A stretch of 64,000 nucleotides of DNA from Rhodanobacter sp. (GTDB lineage: Bacteria > Pseudomonadota > Gammaproteobacteria > Xanthomonadales > Rhodanobacteraceae). The stretch is from positions 13,798 through 77,797 of the forward strand of contig JBAZRB010000021.1 of assembly GCA_041663105.1 (NCBI GenBank), written 5' to 3'. Each line of letters begins with the position of its first letter. Positions within the stretch are counted from its first letter, which is position 1. Below, one piece after another: positions 19,880 to 30,662 of this stretch. The position numbers were made by a program, and so were the translations under genes. The notes beneath the pieces were generated by a model. The model saw only the letters and a list, made by a program, of their open reading frames with translations. It was not told the origin of the DNA and searched no databases.

Positions 19880-21454
19880 ATGACGGCCATGGCCAAGAAG
19901 AAAAGCGAACAGACTCCCCGCGTCGAGCTGCGTCAGGCGACCCCTGCCGACGTGCCGGCGCTGGTGGAATTGACCGGCAGAATCTACTCGACGGAATGGG
20001 GCCACTCGGCTGAAATGTTGCGCTCGCAGCAGACCCACTTCCCGGAAGGCCAGTTCGTGATCGAGTTCGAGGGCAAGGTGGTGGGTTATTGCGCCACCTT
20101 CCGCATCGACGAAGCCACCGCCCTGGCACCGCACACCTGGGCGCAGATCACCGGCGGCGGCATGGGCTCGCGGCACAAGCCCGATGGCGAATGGCTGTAC
20201 GGCATGGAAGTGGTGGTGCATCCGGACTTCCGAGGCATGCGCATCGGCCAGCGCTTGTACCAGGCGCGCAAGCGGCTGTGCACCGATTTGAAGTTGCGCG
20301 GCATCGTGTTTGGCGGCCGCATACCCGGCCTGGCGAAGAACATCCAGCGCTACGGCACGCCGGAGGCCTATGTGCAGGCGGTGGTGGAAGGCAAGCGCCG
20401 CGATCTCACGCTGAGCTTCCAGCTGAATAATGATTTCGAGCTGATCGGCTTGCTGCGCGGCTATGTGGTTTCCGACCACGAATCGCTGGGCTATGCGGCG
20501 CACCTGGTCTGGCGCAACCCGCGCCTGCTCGATCACCCGGATACACCCTCACCTTCCTCTACCCTCAACCTGCCCGATTCGGTGCGCGTCGCGTCGGTGC
20601 AATACCAGCAGCGGCGGATCAAGTCGTTCGAGGAGTTCGCGACCCAGATCGAGTACTTCACCGACATCGCCGCCGACTACAGCGCCGACTTTGTCACCTT
20701 CCCCGAGCTGATCACGCTGCAGTTGCTGTCGATCGAGAACACCGAACTGTCGCCGCAGCAGTCAATCCGCAAACTGAGCCATTACACGCCGCAGGTGAAG
20801 GAACTGTTCAGTCACCTGGCCGTGCGCTACAACATCAACATCATCGCCGGCACGCACCCGACCGAACAGCCCAACGGTGACATCCACAACGTCTGTTATG
20901 TCTGCCTGCGCGACGGTTCGATACACGAGCGCGAGAAGCTGCATCCCACGCCCAGCGAGCGCATCGTGTGGAATATCACCGGTGGTGAATCGGCGGCCAC
21001 GATCCAGACCGACTGCGGCCCGATCGGCGTGATGATTTGCTACGACGCGGAGTTCCCGGAGGTGGCACGCCACCTCACCGACCAGGGTGCGCTGATCCTG
21101 TTCGTGCCGTTCTGCACGGATGTGCGCGAGGGCTATCTGCGGGTGCGCTACTGCGCGCAGGCACGCGCCATCGAGAACCAGTGCTACGTGGTGATGTCGG
21201 GCAACGTCGGCAACCTGCCCGGGGTCAACAACTTCGATATCCAGTACGGCCAGAGCTGCATCCTCACGCCCAGCGACTTCCCTTTTGCACGTGACGGCAT
21301 TGCCGCCGACTCGACACCGAACATCGAAACGGTACTGTTCGCCGAACTGCGGCTGGACAGCCTTGCCCGCGCCCGTAACGCCGGTGCCGTGCAGAACCTC
21401 AAGGATCGCCGCTTCGATCTGTACGAAACCCGCTGGCGGCCGCTGCCGCATTGA
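19880..21454 (+). CDS. Bifunctional GNAT acetyltransferase / carbon-nitrogen hydrolase (nitrilase superfamily) protein
   Basis: N-terminal GNAT (RGMRIGQRLY). C-terminal CN-hydrolase region with the catalytic Cys in GVMICYDAEFPE. Confidence 0.85.
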   Translation: MTAMAKKKSEQTPRVELRQATPADVPALVELTGRIYSTEWGHSAEMLRSQQTHFPEGQFVIEFEGKVVGYCATFRIDEATALAPHTWAQITGGGMGSRHKPDGEWLYGMEVVVHPDFRGMRIGQRLYQARKRLCTDLKLRGIVFGGRIPGLAKNIQRYGTPEAYVQAVVEGKRRDLTLSFQLNNDFELIGLLRGYVVSDHESLGYAAHLVWRNPRLLDHPDTPSPSSTLNLPDSVRVASVQYQQRRIKSFEEFATQIEYFTDIAADYSADFVTFPELITLQLLSIENTELSPQQSIRKLSHYTPQVKELFSHLAVRYNINIIAGTHPTEQPNGDIHNVCYVCLRDGSIHEREKLHPTPSERIVWNITGGESAATIQTDCGPIGVMICYDAEFPEVARHLTDQGALILFVPFCTDVREGYLRVRYCAQARAIENQCYVVMSGNVGNLPGVNNFDIQYGQSCILTPSDFPFARDGIAADSTPNIETVLFAELRLDSLARARNAGAVQNLKDRRFDLYETRWRPLPH

Positions 21455-21553
21455 GCATGACAAGGTTGGCCTGCGACCGGCCGACCTTGCTGACACCGTC
21501 GCAAGAGTCTGCTTTTGTGCGGCGCGAATACGGATGTCTGCAATAATCTGCAG

Positions 21554-23047
21554 ATGACCAAGCCCCCATCGAGCCTGTTTGGCTCCTCGAACCCGCGTCT
21601 TCAAGCGATCCTGGGACATGAGTTCTTTGCCCCGCATCAATGGAAACGGCGCATCGCGCTGTGGGCCGGTGCGATCCTGGTCGCGCTGGCAGCGATCCTG
21701 TTCGCCAAGGCCAGCGACTGGTCCTACCACCTGTTTCAGGTGATGTTGAGCTACGGCGCCTGGATCCCGCTGATCATCACGCCACTCGTGTTCGGCCTGC
21801 TCACCTGGGTCACGGAGGGCAAACTGCGCGCTACTCGCGGCAGCGGCATCCCGCAGGTGATCGGCACCCTGCATATCGAGGACGAGGGCTTCCGCGAGCG
21901 AATGCTGGCCATGCCGATCGCCGTCGGCAAGATGGTGCTGACCCTGCTGGCGATGGCCGTCGGCGCATCGATCGGCCGCGAGGGTCCCACCGTGCATGTT
22001 GGCGCTGGCCTGTTCTATTCGCTGGGTCGGCGCTTCGGCTTCACCGACCCGAAGGCTGCTTCGCGCTTCATCCTTGCCGGCGGTGCCTGCGGTATCGCGG
22101 CAGCATTCAACGCACCGCTGGCCGGCGTGGTCTTTGCGATCGAGGAACTGGCCGGCACCTTCGAGCATCGCTTCAGTGGCCTGTTGCTGACCGCGGTCAT
22201 CGTCGGCGGCGTGGTCTCGCTCGGCGTGATGGGCAATTACTCGTACTTCGGCCACGTCAGTGCCAGCCTGCCATTGGGCCATGCATGGCTGGCGGTGTTG
22301 CTGACCGGCGTCATCTGCGGCCTGCTGGGCGGCCTGTTTGCACGCCTGATCCTGCTCAGCCGCAATGGGCCGCTGGCCTATGTCGGCCGGCTGCGCTCGC
22401 ACGCCCCGGTGTTGTTCGCCGCCGGCTGCGGGCTCGCGCTGGCCTTGATCGGACTGCTCTCGCACAACAACGTCTACGGTACCGGCTACGACCAGGCGCG
22501 CGCCTTCGTGCAGGAAGCGGCGGTGACCCCGGGCGAGACTTTCGGCATGGCGAAGTTGTTCGCCAATGTCGTCTCCTACTGGGCCGGCATTCCCGGCGGC
22601 ATCTTCTCGCCCGCGCTGGCGGTCGGCGCCGGTCTGGGTCACAACATCGCCTACTTCCTGCCCGGCATTCCAGCGGGTACCGTCGTACTGCTCGGCATGA
22701 GCGCTTATCTTTCCGGCGTCACCGGAGCGCCGCTGACGTCGGCAGTGATTGCGATGGAGCTGATCGACAACCAGGACATGGTGATACCGATCATGGCTGC
22801 CTGTCTGCTGGCCCGTGCCGCCGCCTCGCTGTTCTGTCCGACACCGGTGTACAAGGATTTCGCCGAACGCCTGGTGCAGGATTTCGAGCATCGGCAGGCC
22901 GAGCAGGCCAGCTCGACGGAACCGGCGCAACAGGAGGCCGAAGCGATGCATCACGTCGGCGAGACCAGTGCCTACGAGGACCGCGCGCTGCCAACCGACG
23001 ATGCCGAAGACGATGAGACACCCCCGGAAAAGCCCTCTCAACCCTGA
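21554..23047 (+). CDS. ClC-family voltage-gated chloride channel/transporter
   Basis: Selectivity motifs GSGIPQ, GREGP, GIFSP. ATG at 21554 chosen. Confidence 0.88.
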   Translation: MTKPPSSLFGSSNPRLQAILGHEFFAPHQWKRRIALWAGAILVALAAILFAKASDWSYHLFQVMLSYGAWIPLIITPLVFGLLTWVTEGKLRATRGSGIPQVIGTLHIEDEGFRERMLAMPIAVGKMVLTLLAMAVGASIGREGPTVHVGAGLFYSLGRRFGFTDPKAASRFILAGGACGIAAAFNAPLAGVVFAIEELAGTFEHRFSGLLLTAVIVGGVVSLGVMGNYSYFGHVSASLPLGHAWLAVLLTGVICGLLGGLFARLILLSRNGPLAYVGRLRSHAPVLFAAGCGLALALIGLLSHNNVYGTGYDQARAFVQEAAVTPGETFGMAKLFANVVSYWAGIPGGIFSPALAVGAGLGHNIAYFLPGIPAGTVVLLGMSAYLSGVTGAPLTSAVIAMELIDNQDMVIPIMAACLLARAAASLFCPTPVYKDFAERLVQDFEHRQAEQASSTEPAQQEAEAMHHVGETSAYEDRALPTDDAEDDETPPEKPSQP

Positions 23048-23061
23048 CGGAGTTTGCGAGC

Positions 23062-24324
23062 ATGACCGAGCCACGCTGGGATCGCCTGCTGCTCAACGCC
23101 ACGCTGGCCACCTTTGCCGGCGATTTGCCTCAGGGCCTGATCGAGAACGCCGCCATCGCCATGCAGCATGGTCGCATCGCCTGGCTGGGGCGGGTCAACG
23201 ATCTACCTGAAGCGCCGAACCTGCTGGCCCGTGAAGTGGAGTCGCTCGACGGCGCGCTGGTCACGCCGGGCCTGATCGACTGCCATACCCACCTGGTATT
23301 CGGTGGCCATCGCGCGGCTGAGTTCGATCAGCGTCTCAATGGTGCGAGCTACGAGGAAATCGCCCGCGCCGGCGGCGGTATCGTCTCCACCGTGCAGGCG
23401 ACCCGCGCCGCCAGCGAGGAGGCGCTGTATGCGCAAGCCCTGCCGCGCGCGCGCGCGCTGCTGGCCGATGGCGTGACCACGATGGAAATCAAGTCCGGCT
23501 ACGGCCTGGATCTGGACACCGAGCGCCGCATGCTGCGTGTGGCCCGGCGCCTGGGCCGCGAGCTGGGCATCACCGTGCAAACCACCTTCCTGGGTCTGCA
23601 CGCGCTGCCGCCCGAATACAAGGATCGGCGCGACGACTACGTAACCCTGGTCTGCGACGAGATGCTGCCCACCCTCGCCGCCGAAGGGCTGGTCGACGCA
23701 GTCGATGCGTTCTGCGAGGGCATCGGTTTCAGCCGCGAGGAAACCCGTCGCGTGTTTGATCGTGCGAAGCAGCTCGGCCTGCCGGTGAAGCTGCACGCCG
23801 AACAACTGTCCGATCAGGATGGCGCGGCGCTGGTCGCCGAGTACGGCGGCTTGTCGGCCGACCATCTGGAATACCTGACCGAGTCGGGTGTCACCGCGAT
23901 GGCGGCGGCCGGCACGGTGGCCGTGCTGCTGCCCGGTTCGTTCTACGCCTTGCGCGAAACCCGGCCGCCGCCGGTGGAGCTGCTGCGCAAACATCGCGTG
24001 CCGATGGCGATCGCCACCGACTGCAACCCCGGTACCTCGCCAATGCTGTCGCTGCGACTCGCCGCCGGCATGGCATGCACGCTGTTCCGGCTGACGCCGA
24101 CCGAGGCCCTGCAGGCGATCACCGTCAACGCGGCTCGCGCCCTGGGGCTTGCCGATCGTGGCACCCTGGCGGTGGGTCAGCGCGCCGACCTGGTGGTCTG
24201 GAACGCGCAGCAACCGGCCGAGCTGTGCTACTGGATCGGCGGCAGCCTCGCTCGAAAGATCTATGCGGCGGGCGAACCGGTATCGCGGCGCAAGCCTGCC
24301 AGTCGCTTGTCCAGCGCGTCGTAA
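23062..24324 (+). CDS. hutI: Imidazolonepropionase
   Basis: Amidohydrolase motifs [29 protein letters not shown]. Confidence 0.93.
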   Translation: MTEPRWDRLLLNATLATFAGDLPQGLIENAAIAMQHGRIAWLGRVNDLPEAPNLLAREVESLDGALVTPGLIDCHTHLVFGGHRAAEFDQRLNGASYEEIARAGGGIVSTVQATRAASEEALYAQALPRARALLADGVTTMEIKSGYGLDLDTERRMLRVARRLGRELGITVQTTFLGLHALPPEYKDRRDDYVTLVCDEMLPTLAAEGLVDAVDAFCEGIGFSREETRRVFDRAKQLGLPVKLHAEQLSDQDGAALVAEYGGLSADHLEYLTESGVTAMAAAGTVAVLLPGSFYALRETRPPPVELLRKHRVPMAIATDCNPGTSPMLSLRLAAGMACTLFRLTPTEALQAITVNAARALGLADRGTLAVGQRADLVVWNAQQPAELCYWIGGSLARKIYAAGEPVSRRKPASRLSSAS

Positions 24325-25262
24325 AACGCGGCGGGCAAACACGCCTGCACCGGCACTCGCCACCAGTGTGGCTGGGCGAATGGCTGGCATTTGACCGCGT
24401 CCTTGTCGGTCATCAACAACGGTCGCTGATCGCCAAAATCGAGCTCGTCGCGAGTAAAGACGTGGTGGTCGGCGAAGGGATGCTCGATCACCTCGACCCC
24501 GGCCGCACGCAGGCTGTCGAAGAAACGAGCGGGGTTTCCGATTGCCGCCACGGCGTGCACCTGCTGCCCGGCGAAGCTGGCCAGCGGCTGATGCTGGCCG
24601 TCGCACAATGCCACCACCTCCCCGCCCTGCAACCGCATCGCGTGCTCGCCTGGCGCTGCCACGCCACCGTTGCACACGCGCAGGCTTGTCGATTGCAGCC
24701 GACTCATCGGTTCGCGCAGTGGCCCGCGCGGCAACAGCCGCTGATTGCCGAACCGACGCACCCCGTCGATCACGCAGATCTCAATATCGCGCGCCAGCGC
24801 ATAGTGCTGCAGGCCGTCGTCGGCCAGCAGCACGTTGCAGCCCGCATCGAGCAGCAATTGCGCAGCCGCCGGACGATCGCGCCCCACGGCTACCGGCACG
24901 TCGGCCGCATGGATCAGACAAGGTTCGTCGCCGACGCGAGCCGGGTCTGGTGCGGAGCCGAGCAGCATGGGTTCGCGCTGGCTGCCGCCATAGCCTCGAC
25001 TGACCACGCCGGGCCGGTAACCGCGCGCACGAAGTGCCTGAGCCACGGCGATACTGAGCGGAGTCTTGCCGGTACCCCCGACGCTGAGGTTGCCGATCAC
25101 GATCACCGGCACCGGCAGACGCACGCTGCGCAGCCAGCCTGCCCGGTAAAGCGTGCGCCGCAGACTGGTCACACCGCCGTACAGCGCCGCGAGCGGCCAC
25201 GTCCACCATGGCGGCCGACGATGGCCGTACCAGGCTGATTCGAGGGTGTCGATCAGCGTCAT
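24261..25262 (-). CDS. lpxK: Tetraacyldisaccharide 4'-kinase
   Basis: P-loop [13 protein letters not shown]. Sits downstream of msbA as in many Proteobacteria. Confidence 0.9.
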   Translation of the reverse strand: MTLIDTLESAWYGHRRPPWWTWPLAALYGGVTSLRRTLYRAGWLRSVRLPVPVIVIGNLSVGGTGKTPLSIAVAQALRARGYRPGVVSRGYGGSQREPMLLGSAPDPARVGDEPCLIHAADVPVAVGRDRPAAAQLLLDAGCNVLLADDGLQHYALARDIEICVIDGVRRFGNQRLLPRGPLREPMSRLQSTSLRVCNGGVAAPGEHAMRLQGGEVVALCDGQHQPLASFAGQQVHAVAAIGNPARFFDSLRAAGVEVIEHPFADHHVFTRDELDFGDQRPLLMTDKDAVKCQPFAQPHWWRVPVQACLPAAFYDALDKRLAGLRRDTGSPAA

Positions 25263-25270
25263 GATCGAAC

Positions 25271-27055
25271 TCAGTTCCCGCCCTGGCCGTTGGCAGCGTC
25301 GTGAAACTGCATGCGATGCAGCGCCGCATACTGGCCGCCCAGCGTCATCAACTCGGCATGCGTGCCGCGTTCGATGATCAGGCCATGATCCATCACCGCA
25401 ATCTGGTCGGCGCCCTCGATCGTGGACAGGCGATGGGCGATCACCAGGGTGGTGCGGTCACGCATCAGTACCTGCAACGCCTGCTGGATCAGCCGTTCGG
25501 ATTCGGTGTCGAGTGCGCTGGTAGCCTCGTCCAGCACCAGGATCGGTGCGTTCTTGAGGATCGCGCGGGCAATCGCGATGCGCTGGCGCTGGCCGCCAGA
25601 CAGCATGTTGCCGCTCTGCCCGATATGGGTGTGAATGCCCTGCGGCATGCGCGCGATGAATTCCATCGCATTGGCGGCCTCGGCCGCAGCAACGATGTCT
25701 TCCTCGCTGGCGCCGGCCAGCTCGCCATAAGCAATGTTGTTGGCCACGGTGTCATCAAACAGGACCACGCTCTGCCCGACCCAGGCGATTTGCCTGCGCA
25801 ACGAGGTCAGGGAGTAGTCCTGATAGTCCTCGCCATCCAGGATGATGCGACCGCTGCTTGGCGCGTAGAAACGCGGCAGCAGGCTGACCAGGCTGCTCTT
25901 GCCGCTGCCGGAGCGACCGACCAGCGCGGTCACCGTACCGGGAGCACAGTGCAGATCGACCCCGCGCAAGGCCTCGAACTCATTTCGCGGATAGATCAGC
26001 CGGACTCCCTCGAAGCGGATATCCCCCGGCGCCCGTGCCAGTTCGCGCGTACCCTGATCGACCTCCGCATCGAGGTCCATGACCTCGAAAAGATCCTCGG
26101 CCGCCGACAAGCCGCGCTGGATTTGCGCCTGTACATTGGCCAGACGCCGCAGTGCGGGCAGCATGGAGCCCATGGCCGTCAAGACGGCGAAGAACACGCC
26201 CGGCGACACCTGCTGCAGCACATCCGGCCTGGTCCCCAGAAACACCAGTGCTGCCATGGCAAACGCCCCCATCAGCTGGATGGTGGAACTTGACGCTGCA
26301 TTAGTCACGGCAATCTTCAGATTGAGCCGGCGGGAACGACGCGTGATGTCGTCGAAACGATCGGCCTCATGCGCCTGACCGCCGTAGATACGCACTTCAC
26401 GATGCGCGCCGACCGATTCCTCCACGGTACCGGTCACCGATCCCATGGTGTTCTGTATGTGTCGACTGATCAACCGATAGCGCCGGCTGACAATGGTGGC
26501 GATCAACGCAATGGCCGGCACCAGGATCAGCAGCGTCAGGGTGAGGTACGCACTGTTGTGCAGCATCACGCCCAGCATGAAGATCACCATGGCGACGTCG
26601 GTCACCATGACTTTCGCCGCATCCGAGGCTGCCGAAGCCACCTGTTCGCTGGTGTAGGTAATGCGGGAAATCTGCTGGCCGGATGGCTCCTTGCCAAAAA
26701 AGGCTGCTGGCAGGCGCAGGTAGGCCTTGAACACGTCGAACTGGATCGACTGCACCACGTGGCGACCGATATAGGTGATGCCGTAATTGCTGGCGAAGGT
26801 ACCGCAGGAGCGCACGAAGAAGATGCCGACAATCCAGATGGGCATCCAGAAAATGAGGTAAGGATCCTTGCGCACGAACAGGTCGTCGATCATCGTCCTC
26901 AGCAGATTGGTGAACAGGGCCAATCCGCCGGCATCCAGCAACATGCCGACGAACGCCACCATTCCGATCGCCCAGTGACGGCGGCTATAGCCGAGCAAGC
27001 GTTTGTAGATGCCCCAGCTCTCTGCATTCCACAAGCTGCTTTTCGGGCGACTCAC
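25271..27055 (-). CDS. msbA: Lipid A export ABC transporter (permease/ATPase)
   Basis: 6-TM domain plus NBD (GRSGSGKSS, LSGGQRQRIAIARA, LVLDEATSALD). GTGA overlap with exbD. Confidence 0.9.
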   Translation of the reverse strand: MSRPKSSLWNAESWGIYKRLLGYSRRHWAIGMVAFVGMLLDAGGLALFTNLLRTMIDDLFVRKDPYLIFWMPIWIVGIFFVRSCGTFASNYGITYIGRHVVQSIQFDVFKAYLRLPAAFFGKEPSGQQISRITYTSEQVASAASDAAKVMVTDVAMVIFMLGVMLHNSAYLTLTLLILVPAIALIATIVSRRYRLISRHIQNTMGSVTGTVEESVGAHREVRIYGGQAHEADRFDDITRRSRRLNLKIAVTNAASSSTIQLMGAFAMAALVFLGTRPDVLQQVSPGVFFAVLTAMGSMLPALRRLANVQAQIQRGLSAAEDLFEVMDLDAEVDQGTRELARAPGDIRFEGVRLIYPRNEFEALRGVDLHCAPGTVTALVGRSGSGKSSLVSLLPRFYAPSSGRIILDGEDYQDYSLTSLRRQIAWVGQSVVLFDDTVANNIAYGELAGASEEDIVAAAEAANAMEFIARMPQGIHTHIGQSGNMLSGGQRQRIAIARAILKNAPILVLDEATSALDTESERLIQQALQVLMRDRTTLVIAHRLSTIEGADQIAVMDHGLIIERGTHAELMTLGGQYAALHRMQFHDAANGQGGN

Positions 27056-27483
27056 TGCGCCGCGCCCTGCTTTCTCGGTGTGGTGGCGATCGACAGATGG
27101 GTGAAGCCGAGCTGGCCCAGGGCGTCCATCGCGGTCACCACGTTCTGGTTCGGCGTCATGGCGTCGGCCCGGATAGTCACCGCACGATCGCGGTCGTCAC
27201 CGGCGTTGCGCGCGATGGTCTGCTTGAGCGGCTCGATGCCCTCACCCATCACCTCGTCACTGCCCACGTAGAAGCGTCCATCACGGTCGATCATGATGGT
27301 CAGCGCGTGCTCGTTCAGGTTACGATCCTGCGTACTCGCCTGCGGCAGGGTCACTTTCATGCGCGAGTGCTGGATGAAGGTGCTGGTGAGCACGAAAAAC
27401 ATCAGCAGGGTCAGCAACACATCGATCAACGGAATCACGTTGATCTCGAAGTCATCTCCGCGGCGGTCATTGCTGATACGCAT
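27052..27483 (-). CDS. exbD: Biopolymer transport protein ExbD/TolR
   Basis: MRISNDRRGDDFEINVIPLIDVLLTLLMFF is a typical ExbD N-terminus. Confidence 0.88.
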   Translation of the reverse strand: MRISNDRRGDDFEINVIPLIDVLLTLLMFFVLTSTFIQHSRMKVTLPQASTQDRNLNEHALTIMIDRDGRFYVGSDEVMGEGIEPLKQTIARNAGDDRDRAVTIRADAMTPNQNVVTAMDALGQLGFTHLSIATTPRKQGAAQ

Positions 27484-27493
27484 GCGCTCGCCC

Positions 27494-28153
27494 TCAGCCT
27501 GCGCTCGGTGCGGTGGGGGCCGCTGCCCGGCGCGGCCGGGCCGGTGCGGCGGCCGCAAGGGTCAGGTCATCGAGCAAGGCGGTGGCCTGCTTTTCCATCT
27601 CCACGCAATAGCCGGCCACGCGCGAACGGAAATAGCGATGCAGCACGTAGGCGGGAATCGCCACGGTCAGACCGGCCGCGGTGCAGATCAGCGCCTCGCC
27701 GATGCCGCCAGCCATCTTGGCCGGATCACCGATGCCACCGGCCATCACTTCCATGAACATGCGGATCAGGCCGATCACGGTACCAAACAGACCCAGCAAG
27801 GGGCCGATCAGGGCGATGGTGCCCAGCGTGTTGAGGTAGCGCTCCATGCGATGCACCACATGCCGCCCGGTATCCTCGATGCGTTCCTTGATGATTTCGC
27901 GCGGCTGCTTGCGCACGGCCAGCGCGGCGGCCAGCAGTTCACCCAGCGGAGAACCATCCGACAAGGTTTCGAGATGATTCGGATCGAGCTGACCCGAACG
28001 CGCCCACTGGCGCACCTCGTCGCCCAGGCCCGGCGGCAAAACCGATTGCCGTCGCAGGGTCCAGCAACGCTCCAGCACGATCGCCAGGGCGATCGCCGAA
28101 CAGATCAAGATGGGCGTCAAGGCCCAACCACCCGCCATCAGAATTTCGAGCAC
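27494..28153 (-). CDS. exbB: MotA/TolQ/ExbB proton channel protein
   Basis: MLEILMAGGW N-terminus (GTG start), 3 TM, conserved GLFGTV and ALICTAAGL. Confidence 0.88.
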   Translation of the reverse strand: MLEILMAGGWALTPILICSAIALAIVLERCWTLRRQSVLPPGLGDEVRQWARSGQLDPNHLETLSDGSPLGELLAAALAVRKQPREIIKERIEDTGRHVVHRMERYLNTLGTIALIGPLLGLFGTVIGLIRMFMEVMAGGIGDPAKMAGGIGEALICTAAGLTVAIPAYVLHRYFRSRVAGYCVEMEKQATALLDDLTLAAAAPARPRRAAAPTAPSAG

Positions 28154-28241
28154 CTTTCGACCCCAACGCGCTGCCTGTCAAGAAGCGCGCATCATAGCAG
28201 TCTCGTTCCGGCGTACTGCGGCAGAAGTGGCATTCCGAACG

Positions 28242-30554
28242 TCATTCGCGCCAGTAGCGCGCCTCCTTGTGGCGCCAGCCCGGCTGCGTTCGCGGCATCC
28301 CGTCCGCAGGAAAATCCAGCGCTATCGCGCCTTCATTGGCGGTGTTGAGCACCGGCACGCCGGCGTCGGCATAGCGCGTGACCACCTCGGCACGGGGATG
28401 ACCGAAGCGGTTGCGCCAACCGGCCGAGACCAGCGCCAGCGGGGGCTTCAGCGCAGCGAGAAATTCGGCGCTGGATGAGCTCTTGCTGCCGTGGTGCGGC
28501 ACCAGCAGCACGGGTGCCGGCCCGGGCGCCATCGCGGCAGCGATCTGTGGCTCCACGCGAGAGCTGATATCGCCGGTGAGCAACACGCGCCCCGCCGCGC
28601 CTTCGACCAGCAGCACACAGGAACTGTCGTTGTCCTGATTGATGCCACCCGGGGCGGGACTGAGTACGTGAAAATCGATCCCATCCCATTGCCATGCCTG
28701 CCCGGCAACGCATGGCTCGCTCGGCATCGACAGCCGCGCGGGCTCACCGGCGTAACGCCGTGCCAGCGGGAATGCCGCCACGATCGCTTCCGCACCGCCG
28801 GCGTGATCGTTGTCGCCATGGCTGATCATCAACACATCCAGCTTGCTGATGCCCAAAGCATGGATCGACGACAGCACCACCGCCTCGCCCAGATCAAAGC
28901 CCGAGGGATAGCGTGCACCGGCGTCGTACACCAGCAGGTGATCCCGCGTTCGCACCAGCACCGCCAGGCCCTGCCCCACATCCAGCACCCACAACTGGAA
29001 GGCGCCCTGCGCGGGTGCCGTACGCGGTGGCAGCAGCAAAGGCAGGAACAGGAGAAGACCAAGGACGCGCAACGGCGCCCCGCGTGGCAGGAATAGCCAC
29101 AACGCGCCCAGCGAGGCCAGCAACAGCGCGTACGAATGCACGGCAGGCAGATACCAGTGCGCGCCGGGCCACCGGGCCATGTGCTCCAGCAGCCACCACT
29201 GGCCGTGCACCAGTCGCGCGGCCAGCCACAGAACCGGCGCCGCCAGCGGCGGACACAAGCCCAGCAGCAGCATGCCGAAAAGTGCGCAAGGCACGATAGC
29301 GAAGCTGACCAGCGGCACCGCGATCAGGTTCGAGAGCGCGCCGACCAGCGAGGCCTGACCGAAAAACCACAGCGTCAATGGCAGCAAGGCCACCGTCATC
29401 ACCAGTTGCCCAGCCGACAGCTCGTGCACGAACGCACGCAGGCCGCGGCCACGTGCCTGCAGGCACAACATCAGAAATGCCACGCCGACGAAGGACAGCC
29501 AGAACCCCGCCGCCAGCACGGCCAGCGGATCGAACAGCAGGATCGCGATCATCGCCAGCGCCAACGACTGGGCACCGCTGCTGCCACGCCTGCTGCCGCG
29601 GGCCAGGGCCACCACGGCAATCATCAACAGGGTGCGCACGGTCGGCAGTCCGAATCCCGCCAGGGCGGTGTAGACGCCGGCCGCCAGCAGCGCGGCGACC
29701 GCCTGTGCCTGTGGCCGCGGCAGGCGCAGACCCAATGGCGGCCACAGCGCGTACAGCAGGATAACCAGCCACACGCCGAATACCGCCGCCACACCCACAT
29801 GGAAACCGGATATCGCGATCAGATGCGACACCTCATTGGCGCGCGCCACCGCCCAGTCGTCCTGATCCAGACCGCGCGTATCACCGACCGAAAAGGCTTG
29901 CAGCAAGGCCGCATCGTGACGGTCGTGCACTCTCGCCGCGATACCTCGCGCTACCGCATCGCGCACGCCGTCGATGCACCATGGCGTGCCGGCCAGCCGG
30001 GTGTTTGCCGGGTCATCACGCACGTAGCCGGCGGCGACGATGCCGCGCTCCAGCGCGGAGCGCTCGCTATCCGCGCCACCAGGGTCAAGCAGGCCGCGAG
30101 GTCGCTTCAAGCGCAACAGCAGACGCCAGCGGGTGCATGGATTCAGCGCTGGCGCATCCTGATACCAGGACACCGTGATGCGTCCGTGCAGCGGCAGCGA
30201 CTGTCCATCGAGACTGGCCTGCTCCACCTGCAGGGTGAAGCGGGTGGCGTCGGTGCGCGCCAGGGGCAAGTCGACGAGGTGGCCGACGACCGAAAAGTCC
30301 AGCCCTTCCATCGCGCGCGGCAGGCGTGCATCCATCGCCTGCGCCCCATGCCACAGTGCCCAGCAAATGCCCAGCAGGAAGCAGGCAAACCAACGCGCCC
30401 GCGGAAAACGCCAGGCCAGCACCAGCGCCGCCAGGGCCAGCAGCAGCGCGCACCAGCGCGGCGGCAATGCGGGAAACCACTGCACCAGCAACACGCCGAG
30501 CAGCAGCGTTGCCGCTGCCGTTATTGCCGAGGGCATCGCTGCCATTCGCGCCAT
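28242..30554 (-). CDS. comEC: DNA internalisation-related competence protein ComEC/Rec2
   Basis: Polytopic competence domain plus C-terminal metallo-beta-lactamase motif ISHGDNDHAGG. Confidence 0.9.
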   Translation of the reverse strand: MARMAAMPSAITAAATLLLGVLLVQWFPALPPRWCALLLALAALVLAWRFPRARWFACFLLGICWALWHGAQAMDARLPRAMEGLDFSVVGHLVDLPLARTDATRFTLQVEQASLDGQSLPLHGRITVSWYQDAPALNPCTRWRLLLRLKRPRGLLDPGGADSERSALERGIVAAGYVRDDPANTRLAGTPWCIDGVRDAVARGIAARVHDRHDAALLQAFSVGDTRGLDQDDWAVARANEVSHLIAISGFHVGVAAVFGVWLVILLYALWPPLGLRLPRPQAQAVAALLAAGVYTALAGFGLPTVRTLLMIAVVALARGSRRGSSGAQSLALAMIAILLFDPLAVLAAGFWLSFVGVAFLMLCLQARGRGLRAFVHELSAGQLVMTVALLPLTLWFFGQASLVGALSNLIAVPLVSFAIVPCALFGMLLLGLCPPLAAPVLWLAARLVHGQWWLLEHMARWPGAHWYLPAVHSYALLLASLGALWLFLPRGAPLRVLGLLLFLPLLLPPRTAPAQGAFQLWVLDVGQGLAVLVRTRDHLLVYDAGARYPSGFDLGEAVVLSSIHALGISKLDVLMISHGDNDHAGGAEAIVAAFPLARRYAGEPARLSMPSEPCVAGQAWQWDGIDFHVLSPAPGGINQDNDSSCVLLVEGAAGRVLLTGDISSRVEPQIAAAMAPGPAPVLLVPHHGSKSSSSAEFLAALKPPLALVSAGWRNRFGHPRAEVVTRYADAGVPVLNTANEGAIALDFPADGMPRTQPGWRHKEARYWRE

Positions 30555-30662
30555 CTCGCCCCGCTCCGTCCTGGATGGGATCGAGCCTAGCGTGCGACCT
30601 GCAACAACGAGGACGAAATCCGTGTAGGCAGACGCCGCGCAGGCCGTGCAGCCTGCGCTTGC

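Noticed and set aside
20762-23074. 770-aa minus-strand ORF
   Set aside because: Antisense to the C-N hydrolase and ClC channel genes, both of which have clear motifs. Low-complexity composition.
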